Shown here one piece after another: positions 1 to 8,712 of a stretch of DNA of 64,000 bases. Every line of letters begins with the position of its first letter. Position 1 is the first letter of the stretch. The stretch is from an uncultured Phycisphaerales bacterium. Its GTDB lineage: Bacteria > Planctomycetota > Phycisphaerae > Tepidisphaerales > Tepidisphaeraceae. A program made the translations under genes and the position numbers. The notes under the pieces were generated by a model that was given only the letters and a program-made list of their open reading frames with translations, was not told where the DNA came from and did not search any database. The stretch covers positions 3,104,001 to 3,168,000 of the forward strand of contig CAVWVQ010000003.1 in assembly GCA_963758525.1 (NCBI GenBank), in the 5' to 3' direction.

Positions 1-176
1 GGTTTCCCCACGGAGCGGGGATCGCCGGTGTCGGACGCAATTTCCCAGCCGCCGATTTGCACGCGCAACTGCTTCCGTGAGTCCCCTGGTTGTCAGGTGC
101 CAAAGCGAAACGACGCACACCACCCCCGGCCGAGTCGCGTGGGCAACAGCATCAGCAGCCAACGGTACCTGTTGAC

Positions 177-1133
177 ATGCCCTTTCCAAATTCGCAGCGA
201 CTGATGTGCGTCTTGTCGATCGCGATGGCGTGCGTCGCCGTTTGTCCCGCGCACGCACTGGCGGATTCACAAATCAATTCGACATCGAAGCCCGTTCGCA
301 TCCTGGTCTGGGACGAGCGGCAGCCCAAGCAACAACCGACCTACGAGCATTTTCTTGGAAATGCCATCGCAGATGCGCTCAAGACCAGCGCAGGCCTGGA
401 ACTTCGCTCAGTCGCCCTGGACGATCCTGATCAGGGCATTACCGACGATCTGCTGGACCACACTGACGTGATCATCTGGTGGGGACACGTCCGCAACCGC
501 GATGTGAAGCCAGATGTCGGGAAGCGGATCGTCGATCGCATCGTGGCTGGAAAGCTTTCTCTGATCGCGCTGCATTCGGCGCATTGGTCGCAGCCGTTTG
601 TGCAGGCGATGTGGGAGCGGACCCGCGAAGACGTCATGGCCGCCATTCCCGAGAAGGACCGCGCCGCCGCGAAAATCGAGTATCGCTATCCCATTCTCTA
701 CATCCCCCCGCGCCGCAATGCTCCGATCACGCCCTATGTCTCGCACGAGGCAATCCCGGGCGGTGGAGATTCCATTGTCGTACACATGCCCAACTGCTGC
801 TTTCCCGCGTACCGGGCGGACGGCAAGCCGAGCCATGTAACGACGCTGCGTCCCGATCACCCAATCGCTGCGGGCATACCAAAGGAGTTTGAGATTCCGC
901 AGACGGAGATGTACGACGAACCCTTCCACGTTCCCGCTCCGGACGAGGTCATCTTCGAGGAAAAATGGGACGCCGGCGAGCATTTCCGCAGCGGGTCGCT
1001 CTGGAAAGTCGGCAAAGGGATGGTCTTCTACTTCCGTCCCGGGCATGAAATCTACCCCGTCTATAAACAGGAGATACCGCTCAAGATCCTGGAAAACGCC
1101 GCGCGCTATCTCGCATCGCAACTGCCGGGTTAG
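177..1133 (+). CDS. ThuA-like (trehalose utilization / class I glutamine amidotransferase-like) domain protein, probably secreted
   Basis: Motifs DVIIWWGH, LIALHSAHWS, HPIAAGIP, EMYDEPFHVPAPD, GEHFRSG and YFRPGHE are typical of ThuA. Hydrophobic N-terminus. ATG 177 chosen over TTG 90. Confidence 0.85.
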   Translation: MPFPNSQRLMCVLSIAMACVAVCPAHALADSQINSTSKPVRILVWDERQPKQQPTYEHFLGNAIADALKTSAGLELRSVALDDPDQGITDDLLDHTDVIIWWGHVRNRDVKPDVGKRIVDRIVAGKLSLIALHSAHWSQPFVQAMWERTREDVMAAIPEKDRAAAKIEYRYPILYIPPRRNAPITPYVSHEAIPGGGDSIVVHMPNCCFPAYRADGKPSHVTTLRPDHPIAAGIPKEFEIPQTEMYDEPFHVPAPDEVIFEEKWDAGEHFRSGSLWKVGKGMVFYFRPGHEIYPVYKQEIPLKILENAARYLASQLPG

Positions 1134-1352
1134 GTGTCAAGGCGTAAAGCTTGATCTTCACGAACCGACCATCTACCCTGCTGTCGGCGGTTCTCCGGCG
1201 ATTTTGACGGGGAACCGCGGGGGTATGCAATCCGTGAACAGCGCGGCCTTCCGAGGCTCCCCGCGCGGTTCGCTGGAGTGCGGCTTCTACGATGAATGAA
1301 GAGTAAAGCGGAACTGGGAGATGAAGATTCCCTCGGATCGGGTCACCACGGA

Positions 1353-2651
1353 ATGGCCGAGAAACTGCTGAATTATGAAGTCATTCGCAAGTTAGGCGAA
1401 GGGGCGGCGAGCGTCATTTATGCCGTTCGCGATCCCGCCACAGGCAGGAAATTCGCCCTCAAGCATGTCGAGCGCAAGAAGCCCAAGGATATCCGTTTCG
1501 TCCAGCAGGTGCAGGCGGAGCACGAGATCAGCAGTCAGTTCACCCATCGGAACCTGCGCAGGTCGTACGACCTGAAGATCAGCAAGTCATTGCTGATGAA
1601 GGTCACCGATGCTTTTCTGGTGATGGAACTGGTGGAAGGCAAGCCGCTGGATGCCCGCCCCCCGGCGACGGTGCTCGACACGATCGTCACCTTCATGCAC
1701 GTCGCGATGGGACTGCGGGCAATGCATCAGCTCGGGTACGTTCATTGCGACATCAAGCCGAACAACATCCTCCGCGATGACGCTGGAAGCGTGCGGGTGA
1801 TCGATTTTGGTCAGAGCTGCCGGATCGGCACCACCAAGGAACGCATCCAGGGAACACCAGATTACATTGCTCCCGAGCAGGTCAATCGTGAGCCGGTGAC
1901 GCCCCAGACCGACGTCTACAACCTGGGCGCAACCCTCTACTGGGCGTTGACCGGCACCAACTCTCCGACGCTCTACACAGTCAACCGCAAGGGCGAAAAC
2001 AGCTTCCTGCTCGATGCGACAATCCAAACTCCCTCCGATTTCAACCCGATCGTGACTCCCGCGCTGTCGAAGCTGGTGATGGACTGCATCTCCACCAGGC
2101 GCGAAAAAAGGCCCGCGGATATGGACGCGGTACTCAACCGGCTCGAGCTCTCCCGCCATGGAATGCAGAAGCGCCAAGTGGATGTGCCGGATCCGATGGA
2201 TTCGAGCATCATGAATGCGCCCGCGCCGGCCGCCGACAAGTCGCCGAGTCGAACTCCAGAAAAGGCGCCCGCGGTCGTTGAAAAGCCACCGGCGCCGGTC
2301 GCGGAACCAGCCCCGGCATCCGTCACAGAGAAGGCCCCCGATTCCGTCGCGGAAAAAGTGCAGGCGCCCCTCGCGGAGAAACCGCCGGCGCCGATCGCGG
2401 AGAGGGCGCCAGCGCCTGTCGCGGAGAAAAGTCTGCCCATCCCGGAAAAATCGCCGGCGCCGGTTGTGGAGAGGGTGCCCGTGCCTGTGCCCGACAAGAG
2501 CCCGCCGCCCGTCGCGGAAAAACCGCCGGCGCCGGTCGCCGCGAAAGCCGCAACACCGCCCGGCGAGAAAGCGCCAATTCAAGTCGCGGAAAAGGCTCCG
2601 CCAGCGGCTGACGACCTTCCCCTCAAGCCCATCCCACCGGAAGCTAAATGA
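1353..2651 (+). CDS. Hanks-type Ser/Thr protein kinase with a Pro/Ala/Glu/Lys-rich repeat tail
   Basis: GEGAASVIY, FALK, HCDIKPNN, DFG and GTPDYIAPE are intact. C-terminal EKxPAPVA repeats. Confidence 0.93.
   Translation: MAEKLLNYEVIRKLGEGAASVIYAVRDPATGRKFALKHVERKKPKDIRFVQQVQAEHEISSQFTHRNLRRSYDLKISKSLLMKVTDAFLVMELVEGKPLDARPPATVLDTIVTFMHVAMGLRAMHQLGYVHCDIKPNNILRDDAGSVRVIDFGQSCRIGTTKERIQGTPDYIAPEQVNREPVTPQTDVYNLGATLYWALTGTNSPTLYTVNRKGENSFLLDATIQTPSDFNPIVTPALSKLVMDCISTRREKRPADMDAVLNRLELSRHGMQKRQVDVPDPMDSSIMNAPAPAADKSPSRTPEKAPAVVEKPPAPVAEPAPASVTEKAPDSVAEKVQAPLAEKPPAPIAERAPAPVAEKSLPIPEKSPAPVVERVPVPVPDKSPPPVAEKPPAPVAAKAATPPGEKAPIQVAEKAPPAADDLPLKPIPPEAK
2230..2612 (+). repeat. Intragenic tandem repeat of about 16 degenerate 8-aa (24-bp) units, consensus EKxPAPVA
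   Basis: Translation reads EKPPAPVA EPAPASVT EKAPDSVA EKVQAPLA EKPPAPIA ERAPAPVA and so on. Confidence 0.85.
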
Positions 2652-2868
2652 ACGTGCCATAGATCGACCGAGCATGTCGAGCTTTGAATACCGTCGAAGA
2701 TCTTGATGAAGCCAGTGCTCGGATCCCGCTGGTGTCCAGTTGGAAAAGATCTGCTCATCCCTGGTTTGCGAATTGCGAATACGCCGGTCACTCAATACTC
2801 ATCGTGACTTTGCAATATCGTAATGGACTCTCGGGAGAGACCTCAAACTCAGAGCGGTGGATGACCAA

Positions 2869-4248
2869 ATGAAAAGAGCACTCGTAGCAGCGGTGGTGGC
2901 AATCGGAACGACCATCGTGCTGTCCGGCGCGCCCGCGTTCGCAATCGAGCCCGACCGGATCGTTGTAATGATCAGCGTAGACGGCTTGGCCGGGTACTAC
3001 CTGGACGATCCCAAGGCGGAAATGCCCGCCATTCGGGCGCTGGTGGCGGCGGGGCGCGGGCCGAATCGATGAAAGCCTCGACGCCGACCGTCACTTGGCC
3101 GAATCACACGACGCTCGTCACCGGCGACACGCCGGCCCGGCACGGGGTGGTCGGGAATAATTATTTTGACCGTGCCACTACCAAGCCAGTCGCGCTGATC
3201 TCCGATCCCCTCTTCGACAAAGACCAGATCGTCAAGGTGCCGACCATTTATGATCTGGCGAAAGACGCCGGCTTGCGGACGGCGTCAATCCGCTGGCCGG
3301 CCACGCGCAACGCCCACAAGCTGGATTGGACCTTTCCCGACGTTGCCTCCAACGATCTGTTGCACCAGTACACCACCCCCGCGCTGCTGGCCGAATGCGA
3401 AAGGGCCGGAATCTGGTCCGATGGCGTGGCTCAGCAAGCCGCATCGAGCGAGGTGCGGATTGTCACGGATGACATGTGCACCGGCGTGTTCGATTTCGTC
3501 CTCCGCAACCACCGTCCGAACCTGGCGCTGCTGCATCTGATCAACGTCGATCACACCGAGCATGTAGCTGGGCCGCGTTCTCCAGAAGCATACGCCGCGA
3601 TCAAGGCCGCCGATCGGCAGGTGCGCGAGGTGTGGAACGAACTGCAGAGCGATTTCCCCGGCAAGGCAACGCTGCTGGTCGTTTCCGACCACGGCTTCTC
3701 GCCGATCGAGCACGTGCTGATGCCAAACGTCGTGCTGAAACAGGCCGGGCTGATCGAAGTGAAAGGCGCCCGCGTCGTCGGCGGCCCCGTCCGCGTCGTC
3801 ACTCAGGGCGGAGCGGCCCTCGTATATGTGCTGGACAAAGCCAACCGCGTCTCACTCGTCGAGCAGATCACCAAAGCGTTCACGGGATTGCCGGGCGTCG
3901 AGAAGGTGGTCGCCGCAGGCGATTTCAAGAGCTACGGGGTCGCGAACCCAGACGATGATCCGCATGCGCCGGATGTGATTCTGTTTGCCAACGAAGGATG
4001 GACTCTGGGGGACACTTCCGCCGGCGTCCTGCCGGTTTTTGAGAAGCCCGAGCGCAAGGGAACGCACGGGCACGATCCCGATCTTCCCGACCTGCACGCG
4101 ACATTTGTCGCCTGGGGAGTCGGCATCAAGCCCGATGCCCGGCTCGGCGAGATTCAGAACATCGATGTGGCGCCGACGCTCGCCAAACTGCTCGGCATTC
4201 CGATGCCCAACGTCGATGGCAAGCCGCTTGCCGGCGCTGGCGGATTGA
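2869..4248 (+). CDS. Alkaline phosphatase superfamily nucleotide pyrophosphatase/phosphodiesterase (apparent frameshifts near 3058 and 4235)
   Basis: Signal peptide and MISVDGL are in ORF 2857-3072. PTVTWPNHTTLVTG, DHTEH, VVSDHGF, GTHGH and DVAPT are in ORF 3069+. A natural end (ALAD*) is at 4248 in a third frame. Confidence 0.88.
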
Positions 4249-4333
4249 GCTTCGCAGCACCAGGCGACTTCGATAGGGACAGAGGCGACGCTACGAGAAC
4301 ATGCGCTGTCTCTCTCCCAGGTCCCGCGCGAAT

Positions 4334-4456
4334 CCGTGAAAAGGAAACACGAATCTGCACGAATTGCCTGCGAATCCACACGAATAAACGCGAAGACAAT
4401 TTACTTCGTGAAGATTCGTGGGCAACTCGTGTCGATCCGTGTTCCGGATTTCACGG
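4334..4456. repeat. Imperfect inverted repeat built from CACGAAT-like units, between convergent genes
   Basis: ccgtgaaaaggaaacacgaatctgcacgaattgcc...cacgaa pairs with ttcgtgaagattcgtgggcaactcgtgtcgatccgtgttccggatttcacgg. Confidence 0.7.
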
Positions 4457-4491
4457 TCACTGCGGACCCGGCCGGGATCGCGCACATCCAT

Positions 4492-5289
4492 TCAGCGTTT
4501 GGATCTTGCGTGCGATTTCGCATGAGGCTTGGCGTGAGCAGCGCCGTCGCCGGCTTCGCGCTCGCCGGTGGATTCGTCCTTGAATTCCTTGAATGCGGGG
4601 GCATCGACCCGCTCCCAGTCGCCGCCGGAGTTCCATGGCGCTTCGGTATCCATTTCGCCGCCGTCTCCCTGGCCCGTAGAGTCATTGAAGAACTGATTGA
4701 CCAGGCCCGGCGTGGGAGGGATCGTCCCGATGGAGAAGGCCGGCTTGCCCATGGATTCCAGGGCGATGGTAAATGCCTTCATATGGGTAATCTCGCGGGT
4801 CATCAGAAACTGCAAGGCTTCCTTGGTGCCCGGATCGTCGCAGAAGTTCATCAGCCGTTCGTAGACAATTTTTGCCCTGGCTTCAGCGGCGATGTTGCTG
4901 CGCAGATCGACATCCAGCTCGCCAGTGATCTTCAGGTAGTCCGCCGTCCAACTGTTTCCCTCCGAGTTGCAGAGACTCACCCCGCCGCCGCCGCAGATGG
5001 AAATCAGCGGGTCATGCTCGGCGGCGTTTCGGTCCGTCTTGGACGGCTTTAAGTGCATCCGCGCGAGAGTTCCGATTACTTCCAGATGGCTCAGTTCCTC
5101 GGTCCCGATATCCATCAGAAGGTCCTTGCGTTCTGGATCATCGCAATTCAGTCCCTGGATTGAGTATTGCATTGCCGCCGCAAGCTCCCCGTTCGCCCCG
5201 CCGAACTGTTCAAGAAGCATATTTCCAAAGCGCGGGTCCGGCGTGCCCACGTTGACCGTATACATAAGCTTCTTAATGTGATGATACAT
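4492..5289 (-). CDS. Manganese catalase family protein
   Basis: LLEQFGGANGELAAAMQY, DIGTEELSHLE, DLRSNIAAEARA and FLMTREITH. Confidence 0.95.
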   Translation of the reverse strand: MYHHIKKLMYTVNVGTPDPRFGNMLLEQFGGANGELAAAMQYSIQGLNCDDPERKDLLMDIGTEELSHLEVIGTLARMHLKPSKTDRNAAEHDPLISICGGGGVSLCNSEGNSWTADYLKITGELDVDLRSNIAAEARAKIVYERLMNFCDDPGTKEALQFLMTREITHMKAFTIALESMGKPAFSIGTIPPTPGLVNQFFNDSTGQGDGGEMDTEAPWNSGGDWERVDAPAFKEFKDESTGEREAGDGAAHAKPHAKSHARSKR

Positions 5290-5656
5290 TTGACTCCTCC
5301 AAGTTCTGGTGCTGCCGAGTTGAAAAAGTACGCCATTCGCAGGATGGGCTCACGCCGCCTGCAACGATCGCCGGACCTTAATCGCTCCACGCCTCCGGGA
5401 GATACTCCAGAATTTCCTTAGACGAATTATTGCATACAGCTGAGATCGTCATCCGGGGGCTCATCGGCCCGCCACTTTCCCGGCGGCGCGGCGCTCGGCT
5501 GTGTTGCGGCCGGTGGTGTTGCGGCGGAAGGGATCGCGGCCGCCGGCGATGATGGCGCCATTTGTTGAAAATGATGCGGAAAATCCCAGACATGCCAAGG
5601 CGAGTACAAGCGACAGACGCTTGAGGGGGTTGGACGACCGTCCCGCGCCCTACCTA

Positions 5657-5702
5657 CCCCCTCTCCCGGTATTCCGGGAGAGGGTTGGGGTGAGGGTGAT
5701 TT
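5657..5702. repeat. Palindromic repeat family CCCTCACCCCAACCCTCTCCCGG-N-CCGGGAGAGGG, copy 1
   Basis: Near-identical reverse-complement copy at 25320-25365 and related copies at 19735-19775 and 19813-19852. Confidence 0.85.
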
Positions 5703-5704
5703 CG

Positions 5705-5815
5705 AACGTAGAGCGTGGAGATGATGGCGTGATGATGGTCGTGCTGCAGATCGGTCAGCACCGCCTGAACCTGCGGACGATGATGGTCATACACGAGCGT
5801 GTCGGTCCCCGCGAT
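5705..5815 (-). pseudogene. nikR: Fragment of the nickel-responsive regulator NikR (part of the metal-binding domain)
   Basis: IAGTDTLVYDHHRPQVQAVLTDLQHDHHHAIISTLYV matches the NikR pattern GxxxxVYDHH...LTxxQHxHHxxIISTLHVH. No N-terminal RHH domain. Cut by a palindromic repeat. Divergent from a NiCoT gene. Confidence 0.75.
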
Positions 5816-5852
5816 TCTTGTAACACTGGCGCCTGATCGCAACAATGAAAAA

Positions 5853-6941
5853 ATGCGAGCATCGGGAGATACAGCAAACTATCGCAGACTTATTTTGGTC
5901 GCTCTCCTGCTGCTGGGAATCAACCTCGTCATCTGGGGCGCAGCGCTGCTGGTTTTTCACCACTATCCGCTGCTGCTCGGATTCGCCGCCGAGGCCTTTA
6001 CCCTCGGCCTGGCGCACGCGCTCGACGCCGACCACATCTCGGCGATCGACAACGTCACGCGAAAGCTCATGCAGGAGGGGAAGCGGCCGATGCTGGTCGG
6101 CTTCTTCTTTTCCGTCGGGCATTCGACCATCGTCATTCTTCTGTCCGTTGCCATCGCGCTGTCGGCCGCCCGGATTCAGTCACGCTTCCAGGGGCTGGAG
6201 CGGCTCGGCAACGTGTTGGGAACCGCCATCTCCGCGCTGTTCCTCTTTGGCATCGCATCGATCAACCTTCTGGTGCTGCGGGGCGTCGTGCACTCCTTCC
6301 GGCTCGTCAAGCGCGGCGAGCCGTACGTCGATCAGGATCTCGATGGAATGCTCTCCCGGATGGGCGCCATCGGACGCATGGTCCGCCCAATGATCCGACT
6401 GGTGGACAGCAGTTGGAAGATGTATTTCGTCGGGTTTTTATTCGGGCTGGGATTCGACACCGCCACGCAGGTGGGATTGCTCGGTATTGCCGCCGCCGCG
6501 GGCACGCAGGGAGTGCCGATCTGGTCGATTCTGCTCTTCCCGCTGCTTTTCACGGCGGGCATGTGTGTCGTCGATACCGCCGACGGCATCCTGATGCTGG
6601 GAGCTTACGGCTGGGCGTTCGTTCACCCGGTGCGAAAGCTTTATTACAACATGACGATCACCGCCGTGTCGGTGTTAATCGCTGTCGTGGTGGGAGGCAT
6701 CGAAGTGCTGTCCTTGGTGAGCGACCGATTGGGTCTTCACGGATCGTTCTGGGATCGCATCAATGGCCTGGATTTTTTCTGGGTAGGCGTGCTGATCATC
6801 GCCATTTTCGTTTTCAGTTGGATTGGATCCATCGTTGCCTATCGTTTATTGGGATACAGCGAGCTTGAAGGAGCGGTGGCAGAAGGCCTTGCGCCCGGGA
6901 ACGCGCGCACGTCCTCCGGTCCGGGCATGCCCGGAATTTAG
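5853..6941 (+). CDS. HoxN/HupN/NixA (NiCoT) family nickel/cobalt transporter
   Basis: HALDADHISAIDN signature, FFSVGHSTIV, GFLFGLGFDTAT and RKLYYN. Multiple TM helices. Confidence 0.95.
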   Translation: MRASGDTANYRRLILVALLLLGINLVIWGAALLVFHHYPLLLGFAAEAFTLGLAHALDADHISAIDNVTRKLMQEGKRPMLVGFFFSVGHSTIVILLSVAIALSAARIQSRFQGLERLGNVLGTAISALFLFGIASINLLVLRGVVHSFRLVKRGEPYVDQDLDGMLSRMGAIGRMVRPMIRLVDSSWKMYFVGFLFGLGFDTATQVGLLGIAAAAGTQGVPIWSILLFPLLFTAGMCVVDTADGILMLGAYGWAFVHPVRKLYYNMTITAVSVLIAVVVGGIEVLSLVSDRLGLHGSFWDRINGLDFFWVGVLIIAIFVFSWIGSIVAYRLLGYSELEGAVAEGLAPGNARTSSGPGMPGI

Positions 6942-7115
6942 GGAAGCAGTATTTCCCTCCCCTCCCCGGCAGAATCCGGGGCGGCGCGAGTACGCTCTGC
7001 CCCGCGCGCGCGGGCATACACATCAACCCACCAATCACGCCGGGACAAAGCGTACTCGCGCCGTCCCGGATTCTGCTAGGGGAGGGGAAAGCGCTTCCTC
7101 CCTAAATTCCGGGCA
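6928..7115. repeat. Long imperfect inverted repeat (about 75-bp arms), MITE-like, containing the NiCoT stop codon
   Basis: tgcccggaatttaggga...gcagaatccggggcggcgcgagtacgct pairs with agcgtactcgcgccgtcccggattctgc...tccctaaattccgggca. Confidence 0.8.
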
Positions 7116-7145
7116 CACCTCCGGTCGTCGGAACGCTTTGGATCA

Positions 7146-7174
7146 TTGACGCCGGCAGTCACCGGAGATATCAA
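7146..7174 (+). promoter_or_regulatory. Putative sigma-70 promoter of the leader/beta-barrel unit
   Basis: TTGACG-17 nt-TATCAA, about 22 nt upstream of ATG 7197. Confidence 0.5.
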
Positions 7175-7196
7175 AGCAGTGGGGTGGGATAAGACC

Positions 7197-7591
7197 ATGT
7201 GGCGAGGGTCGCATAAATTCAGCCGGCTGCGCGGATCAAAGGTGATCTGCGCGTTCCTCCTGGGGTTCCAATTCTTCTTCCTCAATGTCGTTTTGCCGGG
7301 GCACACCCGCGGCGCAGTCACGCTCTCGGGAAAATCTTCGATCGAATCCCTCGGCGATCTCGGTTGTCCATTTTGCGCCCAACCCCATGACCCAAAGAAA
7401 TCGCCGACGCGCCAGGATCAGTCCGACTGCGCGATCTGTCATCTGGCCCTCCGCATCGCGAGCGAAGCCCCGTTCGATTTTCGTCTCACTGATCTGGGCC
7501 TGCTGCGCACGCTCGCGCCGACTGGGCCGGAGTGCGTTCAAGTCGCCGAACCCTTCAGCGGTCTCTTTTGCGCGGCCCGCCGGTGCTCTGA
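7197..7591 (+). CDS. DUF2946-like leader protein (TM segment, CPFC and CAICH, C-terminal RGPP; probably one T missing near 7568)
   Basis: Hydrophobic N-terminal helix and two CxxC motifs. Restoring one T in the T-run gives ...LFLRGPPVL* with TGA at 7589-7591. Confidence 0.7.
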
Positions 7592-7684
7592 ACTCCCATC
7601 AAGACGTGAGCTTTGGCTTTGTTCGCGCTGCCGGCTGTGCGGATGCGGCGGCGCGGTCCTGCATTTTCCCTTGAAGGATTAGTC

Positions 7685-8695
7685 ATGAAACAACTTACAT
7701 ATCTCGCCGTGCTTCTCGCTGCGCTTCTGTTTGCTCGACTTCCTGCCGCGACAGCTCAAACCATCACTTCCGACCAGCCTTCGAGTGCCTATTCGCCTCC
7801 GTCGCTTTCGCTGGAACACAACTCGGGCGAAGACCCGATCTATGCCTGCGCGTGCGGCTGCGCGGTATTCGACGTCGGCACCGGCACCATGCTTCCGCAG
7901 GGAAAGGGAGGCACCGTCTGGTTTGAATGGGATTACTTGAATCAGACAGAAAACTGGCACGGAACGTCCGCCGCGCCCGCCAACGACAATGACGATAAGG
8001 CGATTCGCACCAACTTTTACAAAGTGGGCATGCAATACTTCTTCAACCGCAGTTGGGGGGTGCAGTTGGAGGTGCCGCTGACCGACCGGTATTTCAAGAC
8101 CGCCGACGGCGGCGAACTGTCATCCACCCGGTGGACCGCCCTGGGGGATATCCGCGTCAAAGGCCTTTACACCGGATTCTTCGAGGACATGTCGCTCGGA
8201 ATCGATTTTGGATTGAAGCTGCCCACCGGCGATTACACCCATCCCGGCGCCGATCGTGATACCGACGTGGGAAGCGGAAGCACCGACGCCCTGATCGGCG
8301 GCTATTACCGCCACGATCTGAGTGCCACGGGCAACTGGACGGGTTTTCTCCAGGTCGAGGCGCAAATTCCGTTTCTCACGCGTGATGAGTACCGGCCCGG
8401 CATCGAGCTGAACGGCGCGGCCGGCGTTTATTACGAGGGCTTCTCTCTCCGCGGGATCAAGATCGTGCCGCTCGCGCAACTGATTGTTTCCGCCCGCACC
8501 AGCGATGGCGGCGACAACTCCGCGCACCCGGTCGCCTCGGGATATCAGCGGCTGCTGCTCTCCCCGGGCCTCGAGTTTGATTTTCACCCCTTCATGGTCT
8601 ACGCCGATGCGGAAATTCCCGTCTGGCAATATTTCCGCGGCGATCAGCTCGTCTCGGCGGCGATGTTTAAGGTCATTCTCAGCTACAGCTTTTAG
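7685..8695 (+). CDS. Outer-membrane beta-barrel protein with an N-terminal CACGC motif
   Basis: Signal peptide, ACACGCAVFDV, amphipathic strands, LGD...GLKLPTG and a C-terminal aromatic end (LSYSF). SD GAAGGA upstream. Confidence 0.75.
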   Translation: MKQLTYLAVLLAALLFARLPAATAQTITSDQPSSAYSPPSLSLEHNSGEDPIYACACGCAVFDVGTGTMLPQGKGGTVWFEWDYLNQTENWHGTSAAPANDNDDKAIRTNFYKVGMQYFFNRSWGVQLEVPLTDRYFKTADGGELSSTRWTALGDIRVKGLYTGFFEDMSLGIDFGLKLPTGDYTHPGADRDTDVGSGSTDALIGGYYRHDLSATGNWTGFLQVEAQIPFLTRDEYRPGIELNGAAGVYYEGFSLRGIKIVPLAQLIVSARTSDGGDNSAHPVASGYQRLLLSPGLEFDFHPFMVYADAEIPVWQYFRGDQLVSAAMFKVILSYSF

Positions 8696-8712
8696 TCGCT
8701 GAAAACTGAAAA

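Noticed and set aside
4249..4583. C-terminal extension of the phosphodiesterase ORF
   Set aside because: It is read-through caused by a probable indel near 4235, and it crosses an inverted repeat and overlaps the catalase gene.
5600..5853. Cobalamin or NiCo riboswitch upstream of NiCoT
   Set aside because: No recognisable conserved riboswitch elements by eye. The region is explained by the nikR fragment and a repeat. An Infernal search would be needed to exclude it formally.
7552..7557. CCTTCA as the anti-SD for the beta-barrel gene
   Set aside because: Only 6 bp, and probably upstream of the footprint of a ribosome stalled at RGPP. The 7594-7603 pairing fits better.
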